Origin: Candidatus Poseidoniaceae archaeon
GTDB lineage: Archaea > Thermoplasmatota > Poseidoniia > Poseidoniales > Poseidoniaceae
DNA: 64,000 nt
NCBI GenBank assembly: GCA_949373095.1
Contig: CASIBY010000003.1
Coordinates: 45,631 to 109,630 of the forward strand
Direction of reading: 5' to 3'
Shown here piece by piece: positions 55,492 to 64,000 of this stretch; the stretch's first letter is position 1, and every line of letters starts with the position of its first letter. The notes below the pieces were generated by a model. That model worked only from the letters and a program-made list of their open reading frames with translations, made no database searches and was not told the DNA's origin. The translations under genes and the position numbers were made by a program.

Positions 55492-56157
55492 TTACAGCAT
55501 GTTGAATGCATCGGGCTTGAAGACCCAGCGCATTTCGTCTGAATTGGCGTAGTAGTTCTTTACTCGTTCATCGTTTGCCATCCAATCGTGAAACTGCAAG
55601 AGAAGCGGGTAGTTTTCAAGCAAATCCTTTGTGATGCCGTCAAATTGACCTGAAAACAGCATAAAAGTGTCAATAAATGCTTTGATGTCTGCAATCGACA
55701 TGTTCTCAGTATTCGCCAGCCAACCTGTTTTTGACTCTGCGTAGACCGAAGAAATGATTTTCAGGGCTGAATCCATACTTCCCCCCTCTACAAACATTGC
55801 TTGGCGCGCTGCAATTTTTTCATCCAAATCCTCTATGCCAAACGTGGGGACAAAATTCTCCCTCCAACCGTTGATAACCTCAACCAATTCATCGACTTTG
55901 GCTCTCATGTGGAGGTCTTTTGGTTCAAGTCCAGCAAGTGCACCGGTGTAGCGGAGCAATGCATTGGACTCTGCAATGACTCCATTGGGACTCTTAATAA
56001 TTGGCAGGTAGCCGTACGGCAAAATTCCAGACTCCTTTAGTTCTGAATACCCATTCCAGTCAACTACGGTGTTTTTCCATTCAACTCCAGATATCTCGAG
56101 GCAAAAACGAGACGATTCAGCAAATCCAGGTGAGGCAAAATAAATAATTTCATGCAT
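55492..56157 (-). CDS. Glutathione S-transferase-fold protein
   Basis: Thioredoxin-like N-domain: IIYFASPGFAESSRFCLEISGVEW...LPYGYLPIIKSPNGVIAESNALLRYTG, followed by a helical C-domain. I use the ATG at 56157 (MHEIIYF). Confidence 0.7.
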   Translation of the reverse strand: MHEIIYFASPGFAESSRFCLEISGVEWKNTVVDWNGYSELKESGILPYGYLPIIKSPNGVIAESNALLRYTGALAGLEPKDLHMRAKVDELVEVINGWRENFVPTFGIEDLDEKIAARQAMFVEGGSMDSALKIISSVYAESKTGWLANTENMSIADIKAFIDTFMLFSGQFDGITKDLLENYPLLLQFHDWMANDERVKNYYANSDEMRWVFKPDAFNML

Positions 56158-56335
56158 AATTTTCCCGCCCACTTGCCCCTTCATTAAGCCTTGGCACAAG
56201 CGTTTGCACCGACCCACTGCAACCCCTTTGATTTGTCAATACTTGAGCAATGGGTATTCGGATGAACCCTCTGAAACTATCCGGATTCAAGTTGGAAAGG
56301 GATTGGTTTATTGTTTGCGGGAAAATAGCCCACAC

Positions 56336-57040
56336 ATGCGCAAAGGAATATTATGTCCAACACTCATGTTGATATTTATGGTTACAATCCCTGTTGTTTC
56401 TGCTGATTACACTGGAGAAGTTGAGTACTCAATTGGAGACTCAATTTTTGATATGGAGTTGACCTCTGACGATTCTTGGACGAATAATGACGCTTCCGAT
56501 CTTCTTTGTTGGATTGATGAAAATCATGGCAATAATGATGGAATAACATCTGAAAACGAAGAAGAAAATTATGAAGCATCTGCTCAAGAGATGGTTGGAA
56601 CTGAAGTAAATCATTACTTGAACGGAGTAGCTGCAATCCTCGAAGAGTATACTATTGACCTAAGTTTTGAACATGGAAACTGTCTTGATACTGAACTAGT
56701 GACTATTTCATACGAAGGAAAGTTCTCATTTGATACTGAGCCAAGCGACAAATATGTACTTCTCTTCAATACTACAGATGCTGCAATAGTAAACAATTTA
56801 CAGGTTAATTACTGCATATTCCAAGAGTTTGAGGTGCAATCTGTCAGTGGCCTAGCAGACGAATCAACTAGTGAAGAATGTGTAAAAGGATTCAGAATTG
56901 CTGGTGAAGACATGGAGATACAATTTGAAGTTACTAAGAGCGAGGATAAATTGATACCTGCAATTTCATTTATTTCTACAATATTTGTAGTTCTACTTTC
57001 CTTAGGAATATTTGCTCAAAGGACTGACCAAACTCATTGA
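56336..57040 (+). CDS. Secreted acidic protein with C-terminal TM anchor, function unknown; low-GC gene
   Basis: Signal peptide MRKGILCPTLMLIFMVTIPVVSA and C-terminal anchor IPAISFISTIFVVLLSLGIF. A hand-counted 100-nt sample gives 37 % G+C, against 50 % for a nearby sample at 58000. Confidence 0.6.
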   Translation: MRKGILCPTLMLIFMVTIPVVSADYTGEVEYSIGDSIFDMELTSDDSWTNNDASDLLCWIDENHGNNDGITSENEEENYEASAQEMVGTEVNHYLNGVAAILEEYTIDLSFEHGNCLDTELVTISYEGKFSFDTEPSDKYVLLFNTTDAAIVNNLQVNYCIFQEFEVQSVSGLADESTSEECVKGFRIAGEDMEIQFEVTKSEDKLIPAISFISTIFVVLLSLGIFAQRTDQTH

Positions 57041-57118
57041 TTTTCAAAGTATGAGCAGTGGGGCCCCCTTTGCCAAAGAGGGTGGGCAGTGGGTACCCAA
57101 ATGATTTCACAAATCAAC

Positions 57119-57427
57119 TCAATCAGTATTGCGCAGTGCAAGAATTTCGGATGGGATAGAATATGTGTAATCGAACATCGGCCCAATGAGGCGTATTGAT
57201 TCAAGAACTCCTCCAAAAACAACTCGTTCAAAACACGAATCAATAGCATGCAAGGGCATGCTTGCAATCAACGCCCCCTCTTTTGTCAATAGAATTCCCG
57301 TGGTCACCAGGGGTGCAGTTGAGGTGAACGAGAGATGGTTTTCCGTAATTTCAACCTTTCCAAGCCCAGAGAACATGGTTGAAAACTGCGCACCAATCTC
57401 GTCCCAATCGGCTAGAAGGTATTCCAT
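57119..57427 (-). CDS. Hypothetical protein (102 aa)
   Basis: The ATG is preceded by GGAGGG (plus-strand CCCTCC at 57437-57442) and by an ATAAAAATA TATA-like element about 36 nt upstream. Confidence 0.5.
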   Translation of the reverse strand: MEYLLADWDEIGAQFSTMFSGLGKVEITENHLSFTSTAPLVTTGILLTKEGALIASMPLHAIDSCFERVVFGGVLESIRLIGPMFDYTYSIPSEILALRNTD

Positions 57428-57507
57428 GTTATTGGACCCTCCAATTTGCTTAAAGTTATTTTTATTTCACCTTAGAGATGTGACTCACACATCTCATTGG
57501 CGTATGA

Positions 57508-57594
57508 TGGTGCAGGAGGCAGGATTCGAACCTGCGAACCGATATGGACTGGGACCTCATCCCAGCGCCTTTGACCAAGCTGGGCGACTCCTGC
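57508..57594 (-). tRNA. tRNA-Leu (anticodon GAG), class II with long variable arm, CCA encoded
   Basis: Hand-folded cloverleaf. The acceptor stem is GCAGGAG/CTCCTGC. The anticodon stem CTGGG/CCCAG has the loop A-T-GAG-G-T. The T-arm is GCAGG-TTCGAAT-CCTGC. The discriminator is A, followed by CCA. Length is 87 nt. Confidence 0.88.
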
Positions 57595-57616
57595 GGCAAG
57601 TTCGGCTCTCGCCTCG

Positions 57617-57626
57617 CGTATATCAA
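57617..57626 (-). promoter_or_regulatory. Candidate TATA box for tRNA-Leu
   Basis: Minus-strand TTGATATACG ends 22 nt upstream of the tRNA 5' end, which places it at about -27. Confidence 0.4.
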
Positions 57627-57648
57627 CACCGCGACAGGACGGGTAGAG

Positions 57649-58350
57649 TCATTCCATGAATACCGCAACATCAGAGAGGGCTTTGCGATGTATGTCTGGT
57701 ACTTCAGCGCCTTCTTCAGGATACCCAACAGGCATGACAAGCATGGCTTCTTCGTGTGGTGGGCGCCCTAGAATTTCATGAAGGAAGCCCATTGGGGATG
57801 GTGTGTGAGTAAGGGTAACTAAGCCCATGGTGTGAACGGCCTGAATGAACATTCCAGCAGCAATGCCGCACGATTCTGTCGAGTAGTAGGTTGGCCCCCA
57901 CTGGCCGTTGTCGCGTTGGCGTTTTTTCTGTTTGAAGAGTACAACAATCCACGGCGCATCAGTAAGGTGGGCTTTGACAGCATCAGTGCCTAGTTGCTGC
58001 AATACTTCTGACCATGCCTCCGGCATTCGTTCATCGTATGTTTTCCGTTCTTCTGCTTCCGCAGCCTCTCTGAGATGCCCCTTCAGTTCTTGTTGACTGA
58101 TAGCAATCCATGTCCATGGTTGCAAGTGAGCCCCGTTTGGGGCCGTTGAGCCCGCAAGGATTGCCAACTCGATCAGCCGACGCTCAACCGGGCGCGAAGA
58201 AAAGTGTCGCGTCGTTCTTCGTTTTTTCATAAGCGCGTAATTCTCTTCAGCAGCCTCAAGCATTGTTGTGAGTGGTAGTTCGTTCCACTGTAACGGTACA
58301 AACGGATGCTCAGACATGATGCTCATGCATGGGTTAGGGTGTCGGTTCAT
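57649..58350 (-). CDS. Nitroreductase-superfamily flavoprotein (iodotyrosine-deiodinase-like subgroup)
   Basis: RRTTRHFSSRPV...AGSTAPNGAHLQPWTWIAI...YDERMPEAW...APWIVVLF. The start is trimmed to the ATG at 58350 so that it does not overlap the upstream gene. Confidence 0.78.
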   Translation of the reverse strand: MNRHPNPCMSIMSEHPFVPLQWNELPLTTMLEAAEENYALMKKRRTTRHFSSRPVERRLIELAILAGSTAPNGAHLQPWTWIAISQQELKGHLREAAEAEERKTYDERMPEAWSEVLQQLGTDAVKAHLTDAPWIVVLFKQKKRQRDNGQWGPTYYSTESCGIAAGMFIQAVHTMGLVTLTHTPSPMGFLHEILGRPPHEEAMLVMPVGYPEEGAEVPDIHRKALSDVAVFME

Positions 58351-58390
58351 AATCGCAACCCGAACCCGAGCGCTCAAAACACAGTCACCA

Positions 58391-58927
58391 TTAATCCAAA
58401 GAGACACGTTCAACAGGCAAAAGCATCTCATTCCTCCGCTTGAACGGAAGGGTCATGGGGCCGTCGTAAACGGCGAGAATAGGCTCTTGAGTTGGCGTGA
58501 GTCCTTGTTCAACGACCATGCCCTTCAAACGCTCACCTAATTTTTCACTTTTACTTTGATGAAACCGGCCAGAAAAACTCAGGACAGCAACATCACGACC
58601 TTCACATTCGGTCAAGACAACACCGGCATCAACCGGGGCAGGGAGACTTTCAAGTGTGTAAGATGAAGGCATGGTGAACGCCATCCATCCACCACCACCT
58701 TCAGTCCAGGTTTCAACCGGGGCCGTCATCGCAATGGAAGTTCGTGCGTTGTTTCCTCCGAAAATATAACCTGCAATTCTCCGAAAGCCACCGACAGAAG
58801 GACGGCGGCCAGAACCTGTTGTTTGAACACGGGCCTGTATGCTGGAAGCATATCGACGCAACTCAAATCTTCCAAAATCTCGAAGAAGTTCATATATTGG
58901 TTCTTCGAGTTCTTCAGCCACATACAT
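58391..58927 (-). CDS. SOUL/HBP heme-binding-family protein
   Basis: YELLRDFGRFELRRY...GFRRIAGYIFGGNN...IAMTAPV...FTMPS...VAVLSFSG is the SOUL pattern. I use the ATG at 58927. Confidence 0.78.
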   Translation of the reverse strand: MYVAEELEEPIYELLRDFGRFELRRYASSIQARVQTTGSGRRPSVGGFRRIAGYIFGGNNARTSIAMTAPVETWTEGGGGWMAFTMPSSYTLESLPAPVDAGVVLTECEGRDVAVLSFSGRFHQSKSEKLGERLKGMVVEQGLTPTQEPILAVYDGPMTLPFKRRNEMLLPVERVSLD

Positions 58928-58946
58928 CCCTCGAAATATGCGCTTA

Positions 58947-61391
58947 TTATGCGGTGTTTTCAGGCGGCATTCTTCCCCGCAAGCGGAGCCAAGCCTCACT
59001 ACAAAACATCAATCCGTATACCGACGCTAACCAAAGGGTAGGCCTCCCCCACGTGGCTGGAGAATCAGCAGGAATAACCCCACTGCTCATTGAGAGCAAG
59101 ACACACAACCACACAAGGGTGATTCCATGGAGAATCCAACGAATAGAACTGAGAAGTTCCCGAGAGGTTGCTTTCATTTCGGTTAATTCTGATTTGGTAA
59201 GCAACGCAGAAACGCCTGCGATTTTGTCCAAGGCTGAGCCACCATTCCAACGTATCCTTCCAAGTTTGAATCGGTTTAGATATTCAATCGCAGTAAAAAG
59301 AGTAATCCAAACTACCACCACTTCGAGCAAGGCCCCACCCCCCCGTAAGTCAAGCGAGCCCCATGTTGTCCATGCTAAGAGCGACCATAACCATCCAACA
59401 AGCAACAACTGGAAGGTGTGGGCGAATTGGGTAATTTTTCTCAGCAGTTCAGCATCATGGCCAAGTACCGACTCAAGAATAAGCACACCCGCAGCGGCGA
59501 TGCAGGCTACCGCGCCAGCAAGCAACCACCACCCGGACAAGGCATTGTCGCGCCATGCTAGCATGAGAGCAGAAAGAATCCAACTAAGGGCGAGTACAGT
59601 GGCGACATTCACTACTGCCTGCATGGTGTAGAGCGGATCACGCCCGTCTCGTAGCACAGCCAGTCCACCCATCAAACGCACTTCAAACGCAGAATCATCA
59701 ACGATGCCATGGCTTGCAGCCGTCATTCCACCAACCGATTTGATACGAGCAGCCTCAACGATGCTTTGGGCGGCTCCATCTTCCCATTCACTACCGCCAG
59801 TCCACGAGGAGCCCCGACTTGCAGCATGTGCGGCCCCCGAACCTCTGGTAGTTCCTCCGCGGGCTGAGCGAGTTTTGGCCCAAGCACGGATTTCTGGAGC
59901 AATGATTTCTTCCACTTGGTCTTCGTTTAACGGCGCACCGTGGTCGGTGTAGAGCCATCTGCATTGAATGGGCACAGGATTCGCATCAACGTCAGGGGCA
60001 ACCATCTGAAATTGTCCAGGGCCAAGGGTAGGCAATTGTGCAACCAAGTCTTGGTCGCCCCCGCTTTCTTTGAGTAAATGGCGTACTTTCTCAACATCTT
60101 GCGGTTGGGTAAATCTACCAATGAATGTTGTATTGGCCTGTGCGAGAATTTTGTAATCAACATCGCTAACATTTTGGGTCGCAAGAACACATGCAACGCC
60201 GTATTTTCTGGCCTGCTTGAAAATTAATTTAATCAGGTCTTTGGCGGGAGGATTCCTCGGATATGGGGGGAGGTAGGGGGCGACTTCATCCATGAAGAAC
60301 AACAACTTCAATTCCCCCTCAGCAGGCTGTTGTGTTAACATCCAATCGTAGAGTTCACGAGATAGTTCTTGGACAAAATACTGCTTTTGATTTTCATCTT
60401 GAATGGTGTTCAAGTAGACGATGTTCAATGGAATTTTTCCTGGCATGGCCGGCTCAACAAAAGCGTCAATATCAATCGGAACTCCGTTTGAAAACAACAA
60501 CTGATTGACTCCAGAAGAAAACGCAGATAGCCTCCGCGCTAGTTCCCCCCTCGTTGATTTTGGCAGCCGTTCCTCGAAATCTGTTAACCTGTGCTCAATC
60601 ATTACCTCATTCCAAGTGGGCGGGCTGATTTTATCTTCAGGATCAACGTCTTCTTCAAAACACTCAGGATACAATTTGCGAATGAATTCTTGGTGGGGTT
60701 CTCGAACGACACGAGCAAGGGCTTGGAAATCACCGACATCCAAGCCAAAACGTGTCCCCTCAACCAAAATTTCGTAGAGGTAGGGTTTGACTGTCTTTCC
60801 TTTTGGTTTCTCAACGTCGAAGCCTGCTAGGTTTGCGAATCCTGCCGCCATCATATCCCAAGCAGTGATTGCCTCTTCGGGGTCGAGGTCAGATGGCGGT
60901 GCTCGAAACGGGTCAATGCACAAAGGGAGCCCTTTGCTGCGCAGGGGGGTCCAAATTCGCACTTCGCATTTTTCCATCAGTTGTTTAGCACGCGCAACAT
61001 CTCCGTCTTGTGCTTCAAGCTCATCGGGGTCAATCCCCATAGCCAAGCGAGCTAGGTCCCCTTGTGGGTCAATGATGAGAGAAGGGATTCCAGCAAGAGC
61101 GGCCTCTTCAATCAGAGCCTTGGCCATCACTGTTTTTCCAGAACCGGTTGAACCGAGCATGGCTGCGTGACGTGCGAGAATTTGAGGTTTGATGTCAATT
61201 GGTTCTCCGTTGTCTCTTCGCGCTCCGAGAAACAAACCCTTCGGCTTGAATTTCTTTTTTCGTAGTGGAACAGGTTTTACTTCTTCAGTTGAATTCAAAA
61301 GATCGCCAACAAGGTCAGCAAGTTTACCCCTACTGGAATCTTCTGTCGGCGAATCGTCAGCCCACGTAGGCCTCCCATCTTCCGACTCCAT
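58947..61391 (-). CDS. HerA/FtsK-superfamily (DUF87-like) P-loop ATPase fused to a C-terminal six-helix membrane domain
   Basis: Walker A is MLGSTGSGKTV, followed by SLIIDPQGDL. Walker B is LLFFMDEVAPY. ATQNVSDVDYKILAQANTTFIGR corresponds to the HerA block QRPs..d..vlsQcnT. Six hydrophobic helices lie in the last ~260 aa. The start is trimmed to the ATG at 61391 (MESEDG) because the longer ORF overlaps the divergent gene. Confidence 0.78.
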   Translation of the reverse strand: MESEDGRPTWADDSPTEDSSRGKLADLVGDLLNSTEEVKPVPLRKKKFKPKGLFLGARRDNGEPIDIKPQILARHAAMLGSTGSGKTVMAKALIEEAALAGIPSLIIDPQGDLARLAMGIDPDELEAQDGDVARAKQLMEKCEVRIWTPLRSKGLPLCIDPFRAPPSDLDPEEAITAWDMMAAGFANLAGFDVEKPKGKTVKPYLYEILVEGTRFGLDVGDFQALARVVREPHQEFIRKLYPECFEEDVDPEDKISPPTWNEVMIEHRLTDFEERLPKSTRGELARRLSAFSSGVNQLLFSNGVPIDIDAFVEPAMPGKIPLNIVYLNTIQDENQKQYFVQELSRELYDWMLTQQPAEGELKLLFFMDEVAPYLPPYPRNPPAKDLIKLIFKQARKYGVACVLATQNVSDVDYKILAQANTTFIGRFTQPQDVEKVRHLLKESGGDQDLVAQLPTLGPGQFQMVAPDVDANPVPIQCRWLYTDHGAPLNEDQVEEIIAPEIRAWAKTRSARGGTTRGSGAAHAASRGSSWTGGSEWEDGAAQSIVEAARIKSVGGMTAASHGIVDDSAFEVRLMGGLAVLRDGRDPLYTMQAVVNVATVLALSWILSALMLAWRDNALSGWWLLAGAVACIAAAGVLILESVLGHDAELLRKITQFAHTFQLLLVGWLWSLLAWTTWGSLDLRGGGALLEVVVVWITLFTAIEYLNRFKLGRIRWNGGSALDKIAGVSALLTKSELTEMKATSRELLSSIRWILHGITLVWLCVLLSMSSGVIPADSPATWGRPTLWLASVYGLMFCSEAWLRLRGRMPPENTA

Positions 61392-61481
61392 GACCGCGCA
61401 GAAGTGTAGGGGGTCTTGAAAGGCGCGATTAGAACAAGGGCAAAGACGCAGACTCAAGGAGGAGAAACACATCGCCGTATC

Positions 61482-62573
61482 ATGGAACGCATCACCATGG
61501 CCAGGCCTTCTTGGGACGATGAGATGCGAGATGCAGCAGTAAAGACGCTCGACTCGCTCCATTGGGTTAAAGGCCCACAAGGAAAAGCGTTCGGCAACGA
61601 ATTTGCAGAGTATTGTGGGGCCATTCAAGGAACGCCTTGCCAAAGTGGCTCAGTTGCATTGTGGGGGGCTCTACGCTTGTTAGAAATCGGCCCCGGAGAC
61701 GAAGTCCTTGTTCCATCACTCACCTACATTGCAACGGCAACATGCGTATCACTGGTTGGCGCAACACCGGTATTTGTTGACGTCGAGGCGGAGTATTGGT
61801 GCGTTGACCTTGACGCCTTGGAAGCGGCCCGAACCGAGCGAACAAAAGCCGTCATTGGCGTTCACCTCTTTGGACAACTGTGCGCTCCAGAACTCCAGAA
61901 CTGGTGCAAAGAGAATAACATCGCTTACATCGAGGATGCCGCCCAAGCCCACGGCGCTACCCAAAACGGATTGCAAAAAGCCGGTGCATTGGGAGACGTT
62001 GCATGTTTCTCCTTCTTCCCATCAAAGAATCTCGCTGTTGGCGGGGAAGGTGGTATGATGATGACAAAACGAAGTGATTTAGCGGCACGAATGGACGCCT
62101 TGGTTAACCATGGCCGGGATGCTCGTCTCGAATCACATGAATTGGGTTCGAATTTGAGAATGTCAGAAGTTACAGCAGCAATCGGGCGCGTACAACTTCA
62201 ACGACTCGAAGGATGGCTTGCTCGGAGAAGAACCATCGCATCCCGCTATCACGAAGCTTTTGCGAGTCTACCTGCAGCATCCACTCCTAAGATTCGGCAG
62301 AATACAGAACATGCTTGGCATCAATACTGCCTTTTGGTTGATGAACCTGTTTCCTTCAGAGAAGTATTGGACAAAAAAGGGATTGACTCGAGAGTGTATT
62401 ACGCCCAACCCTGCCACCGCCAAGGGGTTTACTCAGAACATTCACAACATAACGATGCATTCGAGATTACGGATGATGTTGCATCCCGATTAGTAGCGAT
62501 CCCCATCCATCACGAACTTACAGATAACGAAGTTGACCGCATCATTGCTGCAGTAACAGCGACCCATTCATGA
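61482..62573 (+). CDS. DegT/DnrJ/EryC1/StrS-family PLP-dependent sugar aminotransferase
   Basis: The family pattern includes the PLP-Lys block CFSFFPSKNLAVGGEGGMMMT. Candidate starts are ATGs at 61482 and 61497. Confidence 0.85.
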   Translation: MERITMARPSWDDEMRDAAVKTLDSLHWVKGPQGKAFGNEFAEYCGAIQGTPCQSGSVALWGALRLLEIGPGDEVLVPSLTYIATATCVSLVGATPVFVDVEAEYWCVDLDALEAARTERTKAVIGVHLFGQLCAPELQNWCKENNIAYIEDAAQAHGATQNGLQKAGALGDVACFSFFPSKNLAVGGEGGMMMTKRSDLAARMDALVNHGRDARLESHELGSNLRMSEVTAAIGRVQLQRLEGWLARRRTIASRYHEAFASLPAASTPKIRQNTEHAWHQYCLLVDEPVSFREVLDKKGIDSRVYYAQPCHRQGVYSEHSQHNDAFEITDDVASRLVAIPIHHELTDNEVDRIIAAVTATHS

Positions 62574-63131
62574 ACCAATAGTGTCGGCAAGTGAGCGGTT
62601 GGACCACGAAGACAAGCCTGTGATCTCATGACCAATCCACTTTGGAATCTCTACTATTTGGTCGGGTGAGTTCAACTCAATTTCAGCTAAAATCAAGCCG
62701 GCTAAAGCCCCTTCAAACTCATCAATTTCCCACAGTCCACCGTCGACTCCGCTCCAGACATACCGTGTCTTCTCAACATGAGGGTAGGGTCCAAGTGATC
62801 CGACAGCTTCTCCAATTTCCGGACTGACTTCCCATTCCAATTCATAAGCAGTATCATCCGATTTCCGGGATTTACACGTGACGATGTTGAGTCCATCACG
62901 AACTCTTAGACGCCCCCCCCAGCCTGGCCTCGAATTCCATAGTTCAAGCTCGTCGGGCTGCATTAGAATAATATTAATTTCACCCATCATTAGAACGCCA
63001 TCCTTCACCTGCATAGCATCTTCCGGAAAGTAAAACTGTTTGATTTGGGATGATTTAGAATTTATCCTCCAGGGTTTCTCTTCTCGTCCGTCAACTAAAA
63101 ATCGTCGCTCTATTTCTTCAAAGTTCCTCAT
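62568..63131 (-). CDS. CYTH-domain (triphosphate tunnel metalloenzyme / CyaB-like) protein
   Basis: The N-terminal signature EIERRFLV (the ExExK-type motif, EIERKFLV) plus alternating charged beta strands. Length is 187 aa. Confidence 0.75.
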   Translation of the reverse strand: MRNFEEIERRFLVDGREEKPWRINSKSSQIKQFYFPEDAMQVKDGVLMMGEINIILMQPDELELWNSRPGWGGRLRVRDGLNIVTCKSRKSDDTAYELEWEVSPEIGEAVGSLGPYPHVEKTRYVWSGVDGGLWEIDEFEGALAGLILAEIELNSPDQIVEIPKWIGHEITGLSSWSNRSLADTIGS

Positions 63132-63384
63132 AATATTTGTCTCCTGGTGATGCTTGCGGTTGAGGAGCTAGGACAAATTCGACATTTTCAATCATCTGAG
63201 TTCCCTGCGGCCCAAGTGTAACCCGGTCAATTTTGAATTGGTCACTATCCAAAAGAGCCGGGTCAGCAATCATCAATCCCCGCTCTAATTTCTTGGAAGT
63301 AGAATAGGCTCGCCAAACCAACCAGAGGGGAAAAACGAGACCTAATCCGGCGATGAATAAGCCAAGTGCAACGTTCACCGCCAT
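63118..63384 (-). CDS. Small single-pass membrane protein, function unknown
   Basis: 88-aa ORF with the N-terminal TM VALGLFIAGLGLVFPLWLVW. Its 3' end overlaps the CYTH start by 14 nt. Confidence 0.5.
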   Translation of the reverse strand: MAVNVALGLFIAGLGLVFPLWLVWRAYSTSKKLERGLMIADPALLDSDQFKIDRVTLGPQGTQMIENVEFVLAPQPQASPGDKYYEEL

Positions 63385-63420
63385 GACCCTTCCATCACAC
63401 AGGAGAACATCAAGATGTGC

Positions 63421-64000
63421 CTAGCGATTCAACAAGCCATCCCATGAAGCATCGGCGTATGCTTTTGCAGAAGATGCGGGGTCATCTGCACCATGAATTC
63501 CGGAACCTACGATGATACAATCTGAGCCCGCAAGCACCGCTTCGGTAGGGTCGCCGTAGCGCTGACCCATGGCTCCATCACCGGTTTGGAGATTAACCCC
63601 GGGGGTCCAAATCATCTTTTCTGACCCGACTTTTTCCCGCAACAGTTTGAGTTCTTCAGGACGAGAACCGTTCCCGATGAAACCAAAGACGCCAGAGTGT
63701 TGAATGCCGAGGCGAACGACTTCATCAGTGTAGTTTGGATTGAGCAGGTTTCCACGGCTTGACATCTGCGCCAGTAACAACACCCCCCCTTCGTTTCCAT
63801 AGTCAGTCCAACCGGCCTGAAGTCCGTCCACGATGTCAGGGCCAGAAATGAGATGCGCAGTGACCAAGTTTGCCCAAGAACCAATGGCATATACTCCGCC
63901 CATTTGGTGACGGGAGATTTTACCGATGTCTGCGAATTTTCGGTCTTCAAAAATCAGGAGGTTATGCTCAGAAGCCCGCTTACAGAATGATTCCCAGCGC
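63421..64000 (-). CDS. pyrF: Orotidine 5'-phosphate decarboxylase; 5' end lies outside the window
   Basis: The reading frame stays open to the window edge. My translation upstream of the listed Met gives ...HNLLIFEDRKFADIGKI..., the OMP-decarboxylase active-site block (FEDRKFADIG). Confidence 0.85.
   Translation of the reverse strand, partial: RWESFCKRASEHNLLIFEDRKFADIGKISRHQMGGVYAIGSWANLVTAHLISGPDIVDGLQAGWTDYGNEGGVLLLAQMSSRGNLLNPNYTDEVVRLGIQHSGVFGFIGNGSRPEELKLLREKVGSEKMIWTPGVNLQTGDGAMGQRYGDPTEAVLAGSDCIIVGSGIHGADDPASSAKAYADASWDGLLNR

Noticed and set aside
58744-59631. 295-aa plus-strand ORF
   Set aside because: It is antisense to the SOUL gene start and to the membrane domain of the HerA-like ATPase. 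Its sequence is low-complexity and Ser/Pro/Thr-rich.
61392-61643. 84-residue N-terminal extension of the 898-aa ORF (MARRSLNGPT...)
   Set aside because: It overlaps the divergently transcribed aminotransferase gene and its upstream region, and it is Cys/Arg-rich junk-like sequence. The ATG at 61391 (MESEDG) gives a sensible acidic N-terminus.
1-64000. Search for CRISPR arrays, rRNA genes, transposases, integrases and toxin-antitoxin pairs
   Set aside because: No regularly spaced repeats, rRNA-like conserved stretches or recognisable transposase or integrase motifs were seen. The only tandem repeat is the coding 42-mer at 3525-3662. A second scan for the T-arm consensus found no further tRNA.

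Overview
Gene-dense chromosomal segment with about 60 protein-coding genes, one tRNA, and no rRNA, CRISPR array, transposase or integrase. It is clearly archaeal: it carries a thermosome-like chaperonin, the LX-prefoldin alpha-FtsY cluster, GGGP synthase, a beta-CASP/aCPSF-type RNase and AlaX. It also carries a proteorhodopsin-type retinal protein and many lipobox-bearing secreted peptidases. By inference this combination fits a planktonic Marine Group II (Poseidoniales-like) euryarchaeote best. G+C is about 50 % in one hand-counted 100-nt sample. Most of the window is housekeeping: purL/purQ, uvrA, moeA plus tungstate/molybdate uptake, pyrF, redox enzymes. The stretches I consider most worth following up are these. 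(1) A MamK-like actin gene followed by a long coiled-coil protein whose two ends are marked by an exact 15-nt repeat (18.1-20.5 kb). (2) A same-strand array of PilT/KH ATPase, membrane protein with a tandem-repeat poly-acidic tail, unrecognisable 697-aa protein with a poly-Lys tail, and a divergent thermosome paralogue (1-5.7 kb). (3) A HerA/FtsK-superfamily ATPase fused to a C-terminal six-helix membrane domain (58.9-61.4 kb). (4) A ferredoxin, degenerate GGR-like protein and membrane fatty-acid desaturase cluster (38.9-41.0 kb). Secondary observations are a DTK-motif rhodopsin, a PurS-PurS-PurL fusion, a fused TupBC importer, two duplicated M28 lipoprotein peptidases bracketing a surface/copper cassette, two apparently frameshifted genes, and a low-GC gene next to tRNA-Leu. 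All functional calls rest on motif recognition by eye; no database search was run.
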